DNA of 64,000 nt from a virus (Duplodnaviria; Heunggongvirae; Uroviricota; Caudoviricetes): IMG/VR virus record IMGVR_UViG_3300025000_000056; one strand, written 5' to 3'. A program made the translations under genes and the position numbers. Shown here piece after piece: positions 17,953-25,572 of the stretch (positions are counted from its first letter, which is position 1; the number at the start of each line of letters is the position of its first letter). A model generated the notes under the pieces. It saw nothing but the letters and a program-made list of their open reading frames with translations, ran no database searches and was not told the DNA's origin.

Positions 17953-17977
17953 CTTAAATAACTTAGGAGGTGGATTT

Positions 17978-18379
17978 GTGTTAATCGAACGTATTGTTGA
18001 TAACAAACGTTTCAAAGTTGAAATTGACTTTAAAGAAATTAAGAGTCATATTGCTGAGGCTGCTGAAGAGTACAGCGATCATCCTGGAGGTGATATAGAA
18101 TTACCATTAGCTAATTATCACCCTCAGTGTGCAGAAGCTCTAGCTATTATCAACGCTATCGAAGAGAATAATGATTTAGCCATCGAGCTGATTATAAACA
18201 CTGCCAAGAAAAAGAACGGCTGGTTCCGTAAGGGCGCTGTCTATTATCATCGAACATATGGTGATTTATCGTATGAATCACAGGATGAATACGGTTCTCG
18301 TACGTATGCCTTTCGTTGTAAGGCTCATGATGATGATCTCATAGAACTTACATTCGAGACTTATGTTGAAAAATGGTAA
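17978..18379 (+). CDS. hypothetical protein (133 aa)
   Basis: GTG start 7 nt after AGGAGG. The tracked ORF from 17909 only translates the preceding hairpin. Confidence 0.5.
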   Translation: MLIERIVDNKRFKVEIDFKEIKSHIAEAAEEYSDHPGGDIELPLANYHPQCAEALAIINAIEENNDLAIELIINTAKKKNGWFRKGAVYYHRTYGDLSYESQDEYGSRTYAFRCKAHDDDLIELTFETYVEKW

Positions 18380-18591
18380 ATGAGAAATGTCCAAATGAAT
18401 GCTCTTCTTTTACCCAAGCGACACTAAATAACATCACGATCCTTATCGATAGTAAAGTATTTCATCCAACGGGATGGAGTTGCTTACGATGTGGTCATTT
18501 TATAGCAACTTCTCCTAGAGAGGTCTATCCAGTGCCAATTATTAAACCTAAGAGGTTATCATGGTTTGCTAGATTGTTTAGACGATCTTAG
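18373..18591 (+). CDS. hypothetical small protein (CPNEC..CLRCGH)
   Basis: ORF track; weak RBS. Confidence 0.3.
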   Translation: MVNEKCPNECSSFTQATLNNITILIDSKVFHPTGWSCLRCGHFIATSPREVYPVPIIKPKRLSWFARLFRRS

Positions 18592-18704
18592 TGATGATAT
18601 CCTCACTAAATAGAATATCAGAGCCATTACCCTTTATGGTTTAAGGAGTCATTACCCCACTCCTTATCTGGTATTCTCCTTAGTGAGGAAACTCACTGAA
18701 TTAT

Positions 18705-19161
18705 GGGCCCGAGTTAGTTTCGACAGGGTGAATAGAGTATGTCCTCTGAGATGACAGTCGGAAAGACGACATTAAAGCAAATGCTACACCTATGAAAAAC
18801 GCTGCCTAATTTTAATTAATTAGGAACTACAGCCCTAAAACGGAGAGTACCCAACGACTCCTGAAGGTCGAAGACTGGGTAGTTAATAGTGGCGAAGTTG
18901 GCATACGCACGCTTGAAATAAAGCGAGGTCAAAGAATTAACTATGGCTGCATGCAAATGTGGAAGACGAAAGTCCCGTGCGGGTTCGAGTCCCGTCTATT
19001 AACGCATGTTTCCTGCATCGTATAATGCAGGTGGTGGAGGCGAGGGTTTAATAAGCGCTGGTTGCAATTCCAGTAGGTTAGACACTCAGATTTCTCAGTA
19101 GTAACAGGGACAAAGGGTAGACATTCTGGACACGGGGGGCGGCTCCCCGTCGGGTCCGCCA
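18705..19161 (+). ncRNA. ssrA: tmRNA-like gene (ssrA-like)
   Basis: 5' end gggcccgagttagtTTCGACAGGG matches the tmRNA tRNA-like domain consensus. Internal tag frame gca aat gct aca cct atg aaa aac GCT GCC TAA (ANATPMKNAA-stop) matches the Bacillus-type GCTGCCTAA tag end. 3' end cgggtcc-g-CCA is complementary to 5' gggcccg over 7 bp. Confidence 0.55.
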
Positions 19162-19170
19162 GCTAATTTT

Positions 19171-19363
19171 GCGGATATAGCTCAATGGTAGAGCGGCTAT
19201 CGAGAGATAGCGGTTAATTACGGAGTTATATAAACCATGTTGATCACATGAATAAAGTAATTCTTTGGAGATTAACTGTATAAGTGAGGAGTATGTGATT
19301 AGTCCGGACGAAAGCATATAAGTAGCTTATATACGGTTGGGGGTTCGAGCCCTTCTATCCGCT
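19171..19363 (+). ncRNA. tRNA-like element (TLE family, GAGA tetraloop arm) interrupted by a 123-nt insertion flanked by a 5-bp direct repeat CGGTT
   Basis: 5' part gcggata-ta-gctc-aatggta-gagc-g-gctatc-gaga-gatagc-ggtt (19171-19215). 3' part ggggg-ttcgagc-ccttc-tatccgc (19339-19362), with a perfect 7-bp acceptor. Joined pieces give 69 nt. CGGTT occurs at 19211-15 and 19334-38. Confidence 0.5.
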
Positions 19364-19379
19364 ACAATATTATTCTCAT

Positions 19380-19460
19380 GCGGGGTATAGTTTAGTGGTT
19401 TAAAACGAGCGAAGGAAGTTTATGATCGCTATCAGGGGTTCGAATCCCTTTGCCCTGCCC
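19380..19460 (+). tRNA. tRNA-like gene with encoded CCA and an expanded 13-nt anticodon loop AGGAAGTTTATGA
   Basis: Acceptor gcggggt/gccctgc (with G-U pairs); D-arm gttt-agtggttt-aaac; stem agcga/tcgct closed by a 13-nt loop; T-arm agggg-ttcgaat-ccctt; CCA at 19458-60. Confidence 0.45.
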
Positions 19461-19667
19461 AATCATCTGGAAGGTCTTGGTGACAGAGAAATATGTTAGA
19501 TGCGTCAGACATCAGTATTAAACTCTTGCAGTTCAATTCTGCACTTCCGCGATCATTTGTTAGTTTTGATTATATAGGTACTCTGTAGCCTGTAGTAATT
19601 GCAGGACAATGAGCTAAGTTGAGCTTAAATAACTCAAGCCTATATGATCTTAATTTGCTTACATAGC

Positions 19668-19695
19668 GTCTCTTCGAGGCGTTTTGTATATAGCC
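19668..19695 (+). terminator. imperfect hairpin GCGTCTC-TTCG-AGGCG followed by TTTTG
   Basis: Shares the TTACATAGCGTCTCT sequence with the hairpin at 20782. Confidence 0.4.
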
Positions 19696-19747
19696 TGATG
19701 GCTTATTAAATATTATCTAGTTGTAAAGAATATGAGGAGGAAAAGAA

Positions 19748-20767
19748 ATGAAAATCGTAACCGAAAACAACACGAAGAAGGAAATCTTATCTGCTTATTC
19801 CGAGGCCTTGGAATTGTTAAAAGCTAGTGAAGGTATCATAGTTGATCCAGCCAAAGAAATGTCCATGAAAAAAGCCGGAGAGACTTTGACTAAAGCCACT
19901 GAAACTGTTGGTCTTAATGTTGAAGACCAAATTGCAAAATTGCAGAAGAGTGTCGCCAGCATACTTGGTAATTTAGCGAATAGTTTTACGGAAGAAATTA
20001 AAACATTCAATGATTTACAAGAAGCAATCGCCCTCAAAGAATCCGAACTGAAAGAGCTGTTTGACATTGAAAAAGAAGCGTTCGCCTTAACTGCGTTGGT
20101 CAATGCAAATAGGGAAACCAAAGATAAGTTTAAGGCTGCTTTCGATGAAGACAAAGCAAGAATGCAGGCTGAACTTGATCAATTAAAAGCTGATTTGAAG
20201 GCTGAAAAAGCTGCTCATTTGAATGAAACCTATCTGCAAGACGAAGAAGTTAAACGGAAACGTGCCAGGGATCAAGAAGAATACACGTACGACTTCGCAA
20301 GGAAGAAGCAACTTGACGATAACGATTGGGAAGATGAGAAAAAGGTACGTGAAAAACAGTTATCGGAACTTGAAAGTGAAGTCAAAACAAGACTTGAACT
20401 GGTAACAACAAGGGAAGAAACGATTGACGACCTTAAGGCTAAAGTGGAAGAAATTCCGCAATTAGTTGACGCTGCCAGAAAAGCTGGAGAAGCTGAAGGC
20501 GAAAAGAAAGCTGGAACAAGTTTCGGATTTGAAAAGAGAGCAATCGAATCCAAGACAACTTCTGAAAAGACGATACTTGAAAATAAGGTTGCCATGCTAG
20601 AGGCTCAGCTCAATAAAGCGAATGACGAATTAACGAGACTAAATGAAGATTTGAAAACTGCATATAGCAAAATTCAGGAAACCGCTACGGCAGCTATCGA
20701 ATCTCAAGCCAATTCGCGAATGGTTAATAGTCTTGAGGCCTTAGTGAAAGATAAAACTCAGAAGTAA
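19748..20767 (+). CDS. coiled-coil protein (339 aa), embedded in the RNA-gene cluster
   Basis: GAGGAGG RBS; Lys/Glu-rich heptad-like composition throughout. Confidence 0.55.
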   Translation: MKIVTENNTKKEILSAYSEALELLKASEGIIVDPAKEMSMKKAGETLTKATETVGLNVEDQIAKLQKSVASILGNLANSFTEEIKTFNDLQEAIALKESELKELFDIEKEAFALTALVNANRETKDKFKAAFDEDKARMQAELDQLKADLKAEKAAHLNETYLQDEEVKRKRARDQEEYTYDFARKKQLDDNDWEDEKKVREKQLSELESEVKTRLELVTTREETIDDLKAKVEEIPQLVDAARKAGEAEGEKKAGTSFGFEKRAIESKTTSEKTILENKVAMLEAQLNKANDELTRLNEDLKTAYSKIQETATAAIESQANSRMVNSLEALVKDKTQK

Positions 20768-20781
20768 AGATTTAATCGTTA

Positions 20782-20815
20782 CATAGCGTCTCTCAAGAGA
20801 GACGCTATGTAAATT
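20782..20815 (+). terminator. perfect hairpin ACATAGCGTCTCT-CAAGA-GAGACGCTATGT
   Basis: 13-bp inverted repeat immediately after the stop codon. Confidence 0.5.
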
Positions 20816-20833
20816 ATTTCAACGTATTACATG

Positions 20834-20907
20834 ATTCTATTGGTGTACGGACGCACGCCCTGCTACCAGGCAGTGAAGGGCGAGTTCGATTCTCGCAACA
20901 GAATCCA
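20834..20907 (+). tRNA. tRNA-like gene with encoded CCA; anticodon arm not canonical by eye
   Basis: Acceptor ttctatt/aacagaa (6 of 7 bp); D-stem gtgt/gcac; T-arm gcgag-ttcgatt-ctcgc; CCA at 20905-07. Confidence 0.4.
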
Positions 20908-20911
20908 TCAT

Positions 20912-20985
20912 GGCCGGATAGTGTAAGGAAGCACGCGCTACTCTTCATAGCGAAGGGAGAGTTCAATTCTCTCAGACGGCTGCCA
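20912..20985 (+). tRNA. tRNA-Lys(CUU)-like with encoded CCA
   Basis: D-arm gtgt-aaggaa-gcac; anticodon arm cgcta-CTCTTCA-tagcg; T-arm gagag-ttcaatt-ctctc; acceptor only partly paired (ggccgga / agacggc). Confidence 0.5.
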
Positions 20986-21113
20986 TTGTTATCTTTAGTT
21001 AAGATTTATCTTAACTATTAATTTTAGATGGAAAGCCCCTAAAATAGACGTAGAGATAAGTGGCGAAGGGGACGGGAGCGATATGATATGGTGAGTCGTT
21101 CCAAGCAATTATC

Positions 21114-21233
21114 ACCGAGGTACCCAAGTGGTTAGGGAGCGTATCCGGCGCGCCTCTCCGCTGTAAAGAGATGTAATCTTCTATGGGGAGCGGTAAACGT
21201 AATAGGCGGGTTCAAATCCCGTCCTCGGTGCCA
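21114..21233 (+). tRNA. 120-nt tRNA-like gene (type-II-like 3-bp D-stem) with about 40-50 extra nucleotides; encoded CCA
   Basis: Acceptor accgagg/cctcggt (perfect 7 bp); D-arm ccc-aagtggtta-ggg; T-arm gcggg-ttcaaat-cccgt; CCA at 21231-33; internal palindrome GGCGCGCC. Confidence 0.45.
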
Positions 21234-21258
21234 TATTAATTAAGAGGAGGAAGGATTT

Positions 21259-21501
21259 ATGAGAAACACGTCGGGTGCTAATTGTATTGAAGAAGCAGAG
21301 GTTCAGTTTGTCGAAGTCAATGTTCCAGTTCTTGCTCAGGTGATCTACTCTGGTAATAGAACCGTCGTCATTTTGCCAGACGGCTCTAAGGGGATTGCCA
21401 AATGTTGTTTTGAAGATGTCTTCAATAAAAAGATAGGTCACGAGTTAGCTCTTGGAAGAGCTATTGCAACTAGGGACGGCAAAAGGTATCATAAAGCTTA
21501 A
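21259..21501 (+). CDS. hypothetical protein (80 aa) between tRNA-like genes
   Basis: ORF track; GAGGAGG RBS. Confidence 0.45.
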   Translation: MRNTSGANCIEEAEVQFVEVNVPVLAQVIYSGNRTVVILPDGSKGIAKCCFEDVFNKKIGHELALGRAIATRDGKRYHKA

Positions 21502-21516
21502 ACTTATTATTCTCAT

Positions 21517-21677
21517 GGCGAGGTGGCCGAGCGGTTGAAGGCGCTAGTCAAGGGATACGATAGTTAAAGGTCTAGACGGAGGAAGTTTATGATCGTCAAA
21601 ACTATTTCCCAGCAACCGGTACTGAGCTCTAAACTATCTACGAGTGATGTTCGAAAGTTCGAATCTTTCCCTTGCCG
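21517..21677 (+). tRNA. 161-nt tRNA-like gene: Ser/Leu/Tyr-type 5' half and canonical T-arm/acceptor separated by about 75 extra nucleotides
   Basis: Acceptor ggcgagg/ccttgcc (7 bp with one G-U); D-arm gcc-gagcggttgaa-ggc; T-arm gaaag-ttcgaat-ctttc; internal hairpin gacgg-AGGAAGTTTATGA-tcgtc. Confidence 0.45.
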
Positions 21678-21701
21678 ACGTAATTAAAGGAGATGATTTT
21701 A

Positions 21702-21866
21702 TTGATCGTTAAATGCGATATCGTTAAGTGTGATTTTAATTACAGTGGCTTCTGTCGTGCTAACGTTCTTGAAATTGTACCTAATCATATACTTATGCCT
21801 GGTGACCCAGGTTATTTTGAGTACATTACGTGTTCAACGTATGTAAAGTTGGAACATCATGATTAA
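21702..21866 (+). CDS. small Cys-containing protein (54 aa)
   Basis: TTG start 10 nt after AAGGAG; below the ORF-track size cutoff. Confidence 0.35.
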   Translation: MIVKCDIVKCDFNYSGFCRANVLEIVPNHILMPGDPGYFEYITCSTYVKLEHHD

Positions 21867-22008
21867 AGACGAGCAAGCTGAAGCCGAAATATTTCCTGAA
21901 TTTGTGAGAGAACTCATAGGCGATTATCCTAGTGTCTATGATATGAAGAAGGGTCGCTTTCTTAGTAAAGAGGAAGTAATCCGAAAAATGAATAGAGAGG
22001 AGGAATAA
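21859..22008 (+). CDS. small hypothetical protein (49 aa)
   Basis: ATG overlaps the upstream stop; below the ORF-track size cutoff. Confidence 0.3.
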   Translation: MIKDEQAEAEIFPEFVRELIGDYPSVYDMKKGRFLSKEEVIRKMNREEE

Positions 22009-22010
22009 AC

Positions 22011-22265
22011 ATGGATCGTAATCTAATGGCTGAACTTGATGATATTATCAATAAGGGAGTAGCAATTGCCGAAGTAAACCGGCAAACTATGAGTACTATT
22101 AAAGAGTTTCAAAATGCGCTCATGGAATTCTCTAAGGAAAACGACATTCCTAAATTAGTTGCTGAAATTATGGAAAAACATCCAGAAAAACGCCCGGAAC
22201 TACAAAAGATTGTTCTGGCGTTTCATTGCGAAGGAAAACGCGTTGAAGATTCACTAATTCGTTAA
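22011..22265 (+). CDS. hypothetical protein
   Basis: ORF track; GAGGAGG RBS. Confidence 0.5.
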   Translation: MDRNLMAELDDIINKGVAIAEVNRQTMSTIKEFQNALMEFSKENDIPKLVAEIMEKHPEKRPELQKIVLAFHCEGKRVEDSLIR

Positions 22266-22273
22266 TTAACATG

Positions 22274-22440
22274 GTGATCGTATTTCAATCGGTAGAAGCT
22301 GTCTTGCAGAAAGCTGATAGTCAGGAGGAACGTGATAGGATCGCTACCTAACATGGCTTGACATGACGGTTGTGAAAGCAATACGTACTTTAAGAAGACC
22401 TGTGGCAGAGTTGCGAGTTCAATTCTCGTCGATCACCCCA
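22274..22440 (+). tRNA. 167-nt tRNA-like gene with encoded CCA and about 90 extra internal nucleotides
   Basis: Acceptor gtgatcg/cgatcac (perfect 7 bp); D-arm tttc-aatcggta-gaag; T-arm gcgag-ttcaatt-ctcgt; CCA at 22438-40; insert contains aggaggaacgtgataggatcgcta, related to the 13-nt loop motif. Confidence 0.45.
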
Positions 22441-22462
22441 ATTAAATCCAAGGAGGTTATCA

Positions 22463-22762
22463 ATGATTACAGCCGGTATAATTATTAACATCATACTACT
22501 GATCATAACTATTGTTGCAGGCATTTGGATGATGGTGGAAGATGCTTTAAATCCTGATAACATTCTTGATTTATTCAAGAATGTTATTAAGGTCAAGCAT
22601 CTTCTATTCTTATTAGTTCCAGGTGTCTTAATCGGTATTTTCTTACTCAAAGCTGGTATTACATTCGTCTTAAGCTTTGAACAAGATGACGATGATGATG
22701 AGCCAGATTCAGTTTGGAATAAACCTATATCACTTCGTAAGAGATACGTAGACGAGGAGTGA
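22463..22762 (+). CDS. membrane protein with acidic tail
   Basis: ORF track; AAGGAGG RBS; hydrophobic N-terminal two-thirds. Confidence 0.5.
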   Translation: MITAGIIINIILLIITIVAGIWMMVEDALNPDNILDLFKNVIKVKHLLFLLVPGVLIGIFLLKAGITFVLSFEQDDDDDEPDSVWNKPISLRKRYVDEE

Positions 22763-22986
22763 TTTGTATGATGCGAAATCTACTTAAGATCTTTGCTAAA
22801 AATACACTTAAGGCAACGATACTTTATTGTCCTTTTTGTGCGAGTCCTAAAACAAAATATCACGGACTAGTACAAAAAGACGGTAAGAATAGTAAAACTG
22901 ATAATTATTCAATTACTTGTCTTGCCTGTGGAGCCTCTGGTAATGTTCAAGAAGTTTGGCTTAAAGCGCCAGAAAAAGCTCTATAA
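22759..22986 (+). CDS. zinc-ribbon protein (CPFC...CLAC)
   Basis: ORF track. Confidence 0.45.
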   Translation: MICMMRNLLKIFAKNTLKATILYCPFCASPKTKYHGLVQKDGKNSKTDNYSITCLACGASGNVQEVWLKAPEKAL

Positions 22987-23127
22987 TAACTACATGAGGG
23001 TTGGCAGGTGCCAGGATACGTTAGGTCTACGCAGTTCAAGTCTGCCGAGAGCGGGGAAGTTTATGCCGTTTGGTTAACCTTGATGGTTCGATACCATCAA
23101 ACCCTCACTATATTCAAGGAGGCTGTT

Positions 23128-23430
23128 ATGGCAAAGATATTAGTCATCGAAGACTCTAAAGCTTATCGACGTCGTTGTTATAAACAGCCAGAGATATCTC
23201 ATGAGCCTAATTTAGATCATCAACATCGTATTGCTGAGATTAATAGGAGCCTTAAGTTTATTCGGTGGACTCGGTGGAGTGTATTATTATTCTTATTTCT
23301 CGGCAGTTTATTAGGTTGTACTATTAACTATGGCGATATTAAGATGATTCCATATATCGCTATGCTCCTTATTGCTGGAATTGCATGTTACTTTTTTAAC
23401 GAAGAGGAGAAAAAGAATGAACCTAATTAA
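23128..23430 (+). CDS. small membrane protein
   Basis: ATG after AAGGAGG; tracked ORF start 23008 is unlikely. Confidence 0.4.
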   Translation: MAKILVIEDSKAYRRRCYKQPEISHEPNLDHQHRIAEINRSLKFIRWTRWSVLLFLFLGSLLGCTINYGDIKMIPYIAMLLIAGIACYFFNEEEKKNEPN

Positions 23431-24178
23431 ATCAGAACAATTTGGTGCTATAAGTTGTGATTTATATCAAGATAGTAAAGGGGAATATTTCATAACTCGT
23501 AAGCAAATCGGTGAAGCCTTAGAGTATGCCAATCCACAAAAGGCTATCGATAAAATTCATAGCCGTAATAAGACTCGACTTGATGCTTTTTCAGCTACCG
23601 TCATATTGACGGCAACTGATGGGAAGACTTATAAGACGAATCTTTATTCGGCAAAAGGTGTTTATGAAATTTGTCGTTTCAGTCATCAGCCAAAAGCTAA
23701 TGAGTTTTATGACTGGGTTTATGACTTGCTAGAAAACTTAAGAACAGGCAAGGCTCAGATTAGCTTCACGATGCCTCAAACGAAGATCGAATTGATCGAA
23801 GCCTGGTTAGCTTCTGAAAAGAAGAACGTCGTACTAGAGCAAGAAAAACTAGCTTTAGAGCAAACTAATTTAGTATTGCTTCCAAAGGCTAAATCGTTTG
23901 ATACCTTTATGAACGCCGAAGGCAATCAATCAATGAAGAAAGTTGCCAAAAGCTTAGGTATTGGTCGTAATAAACTCTTTGAATTCTTACGTGAAGAAAA
24001 GATTCTTATGAGTGATAATACGCCTTATCAGGAGTATATGGATCGAGATTACTTTGTTGTTGAACAGCGACCATGCGGCCCTGAAGACAAACAGTTCTTC
24101 AAAGCCGTAACGTATGTATCCAATAAGGGTATTATTTTTATCGAGAGATTGCTTAAGAAAAAGGGGATGATAGCCTGA
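23417..24178 (+). CDS. phage antirepressor (BRO-N / KilA-C type)
   Basis: ATG after GAGGAG. N-terminal Bro-N-like region (..FITRKQIGEALEY..) and C-terminal antirepressor-like region. Confidence 0.6.
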   Translation: MNLIKSEQFGAISCDLYQDSKGEYFITRKQIGEALEYANPQKAIDKIHSRNKTRLDAFSATVILTATDGKTYKTNLYSAKGVYEICRFSHQPKANEFYDWVYDLLENLRTGKAQISFTMPQTKIELIEAWLASEKKNVVLEQEKLALEQTNLVLLPKAKSFDTFMNAEGNQSMKKVAKSLGIGRNKLFEFLREEKILMSDNTPYQEYMDRDYFVVEQRPCGPEDKQFFKAVTYVSNKGIIFIERLLKKKGMIA

Positions 24179-24525
24179 TGCGATGGAAAGGTTATAATCT
24201 AAATTCTTATGGTGATTTAATGAGCAATGGTATTGACCGGTGTGATACACGAGAAGAAGCCCAAGAGTTTATGAAACTTTATCTTACTATGAATCCTAAT
24301 GCTTATGCTAATATTGGTTATATGTCAGGCTATTATGGCCATGATGACGCGAAGCGTATCCGTGATTGGTTTGGCGTTGTTCATCCTATCTTTGGTGATA
24401 CTAATCCTACACCGGATGAAGCATATAGAGCAGGCTTAGAATGGGGAAAGAATGGATCAATTGACAATGCTCTACAAGAAACAGGGGCCGCTCAAATTCG
24501 TTCTATTGTTATACCGGAGGTATAA
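24178..24525 (+). CDS. hypothetical protein ending in the IVIPE-type tail (..IRSIVIPEV)
   Basis: TGATG overlap with the upstream gene; C-terminal motif family. Confidence 0.45.
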   Translation: MRWKGYNLNSYGDLMSNGIDRCDTREEAQEFMKLYLTMNPNAYANIGYMSGYYGHDDAKRIRDWFGVVHPIFGDTNPTPDEAYRAGLEWGKNGSIDNALQETGAAQIRSIVIPEV

Positions 24526-24527
24526 GT

Positions 24528-24722
24528 ATGTTTATTTGCAATCAGTGTTTAACAAATAATTATACCAATCAATCAAATGGCATTGTAAGCTATGGATCAT
24601 GCGAATTATGTAATAAAACCAAGCATTGTTTTGATATCCCTAGTAGGTATCTAACTTCACGATTGAAATCTCGTGAAGAAATAGGTCGTGATAAAATCCG
24701 TGAAATTATAATACCGGATTAG
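24528..24722 (+). CDS. small zinc-ribbon protein, IVIPD-tail family (..EEIGRDKIREIIIPD)
   Basis: CNQC...CELC plus the conserved C-terminal motif. Confidence 0.5.
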   Translation: MFICNQCLTNNYTNQSNGIVSYGSCELCNKTKHCFDIPSRYLTSRLKSREEIGRDKIREIIIPD

Positions 24723-24734
24723 TATTGACATTTC

Positions 24735-24800
24735 TGACAATATCACGAACTAGCTTAATTTGTTACAATATGTTATACTTAATGTAATAAAATGAATTGG
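24735..24800 (+). promoter_or_regulatory. consensus promoter-leader motif (tttgttacaatatgttatacttaatgtaat)
   Basis: Member of the recurring promoter family. Confidence 0.45.
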
Positions 24801-24810
24801 AGGAATTCAA

Positions 24811-25197
24811 ATGACATCCTTAGAAAAACTTAAACGTAAATTCATAGGTGCTATGGTCTGTGTTTTCGACAATGATAATCAATCACATGAATTTAATGTG
24901 GTTGCCGTAGTTGAGAGCAACGACAATACGTATTTAGGCCTACTTCCTAAAGAAGATTCGGACGAAGGCGCGTTAATTATGCGTTATGTAATTGATGAAG
25001 AAGTTATCAAACAAGGTATTGCTGAACATCCGGAACTTGCTGCTAGTGGCGCTATTCCATTCACTGCTGAAGTTATAACGGACGATGAATTAATTGCTGT
25101 TCAACCGCTCTTTCAAAACTATGATTTTGAAGCGGATCATGAGTTCCTTACAGCACAATTTAAACTCGAACAGGCTCAACTCGATGACGTTGGATAA
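24811..25197 (+). CDS. hypothetical acidic protein
   Basis: ORF track; GGAGG RBS. Confidence 0.5.
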   Translation: MTSLEKLKRKFIGAMVCVFDNDNQSHEFNVVAVVESNDNTYLGLLPKEDSDEGALIMRYVIDEEVIKQGIAEHPELAASGAIPFTAEVITDDELIAVQPLFQNYDFEADHEFLTAQFKLEQAQLDDVG

Positions 25198-25477
25198 AAT
25201 TACATGTCCTTATTGTGGGAGGGAATTTTATGACTTAAATCCTTCCCACTTAAAGACTCACGGAAAGACCATTGCAATGTGTCGTGCAGAATTTCCAGAC
25301 ATTCCAAATAGACAATATTCTAGACCTTTAATTTCTAAAAGTAAACCATATAATCCAAGTGAATCAGATATCTATGCTTATTTTCAGAATAAAGGCACAG
25401 AGCGATTACGAGCATCTGCTAATGGAGCTAAGTGTAGTAGTCAGTCTAAAATTCGTATTCTTGCAAGCCCTAAGTAA
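25184..25477 (+). CDS. zinc-finger protein (CPYC...H...H)
   Basis: Internal ATG overlapping the upstream stop; tracked start 25094 is unlikely. Confidence 0.35.
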   Translation: MTLDKITCPYCGREFYDLNPSHLKTHGKTIAMCRAEFPDIPNRQYSRPLISKSKPYNPSESDIYAYFQNKGTERLRASANGAKCSSQSKIRILASPK

Positions 25478-25488
25478 CTACATATCTA

Positions 25489-25553
25489 CTCCGTAGTCAT
25501 ACGGAGTATATCAAAGGGTTCAGGTTAAATTATCTGAACCCTTTGATATACTT
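25489..25553 (+). terminator. two adjacent hairpins, the second with a 17-bp stem (TATATCAAAGGGTTCAG...CTGAACCCTTTGATATA)
   Basis: Inverted repeats read from sequence. Confidence 0.5.
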
Positions 25554-25572
25554 GAAGCAAGGAGGAATTAAT

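Noticed and set aside
18970-18995. Separate tRNA gene suggested by the T-arm-like GCGGGTTCGAGTCCCG inside the tmRNA-like region
   Set aside because: No complementary 5' acceptor strand or D-arm could be found for it. More likely it is a pseudoknot or helix segment of the tmRNA-like RNA.
19530-19560. T-arm-like tgcag-ttcaatt-ctgca with partial acceptor complementarity (ggaag/cttcc)
   Set aside because: No D-arm or anticodon arm could be assigned and acceptor pairing is poor. Left unannotated.
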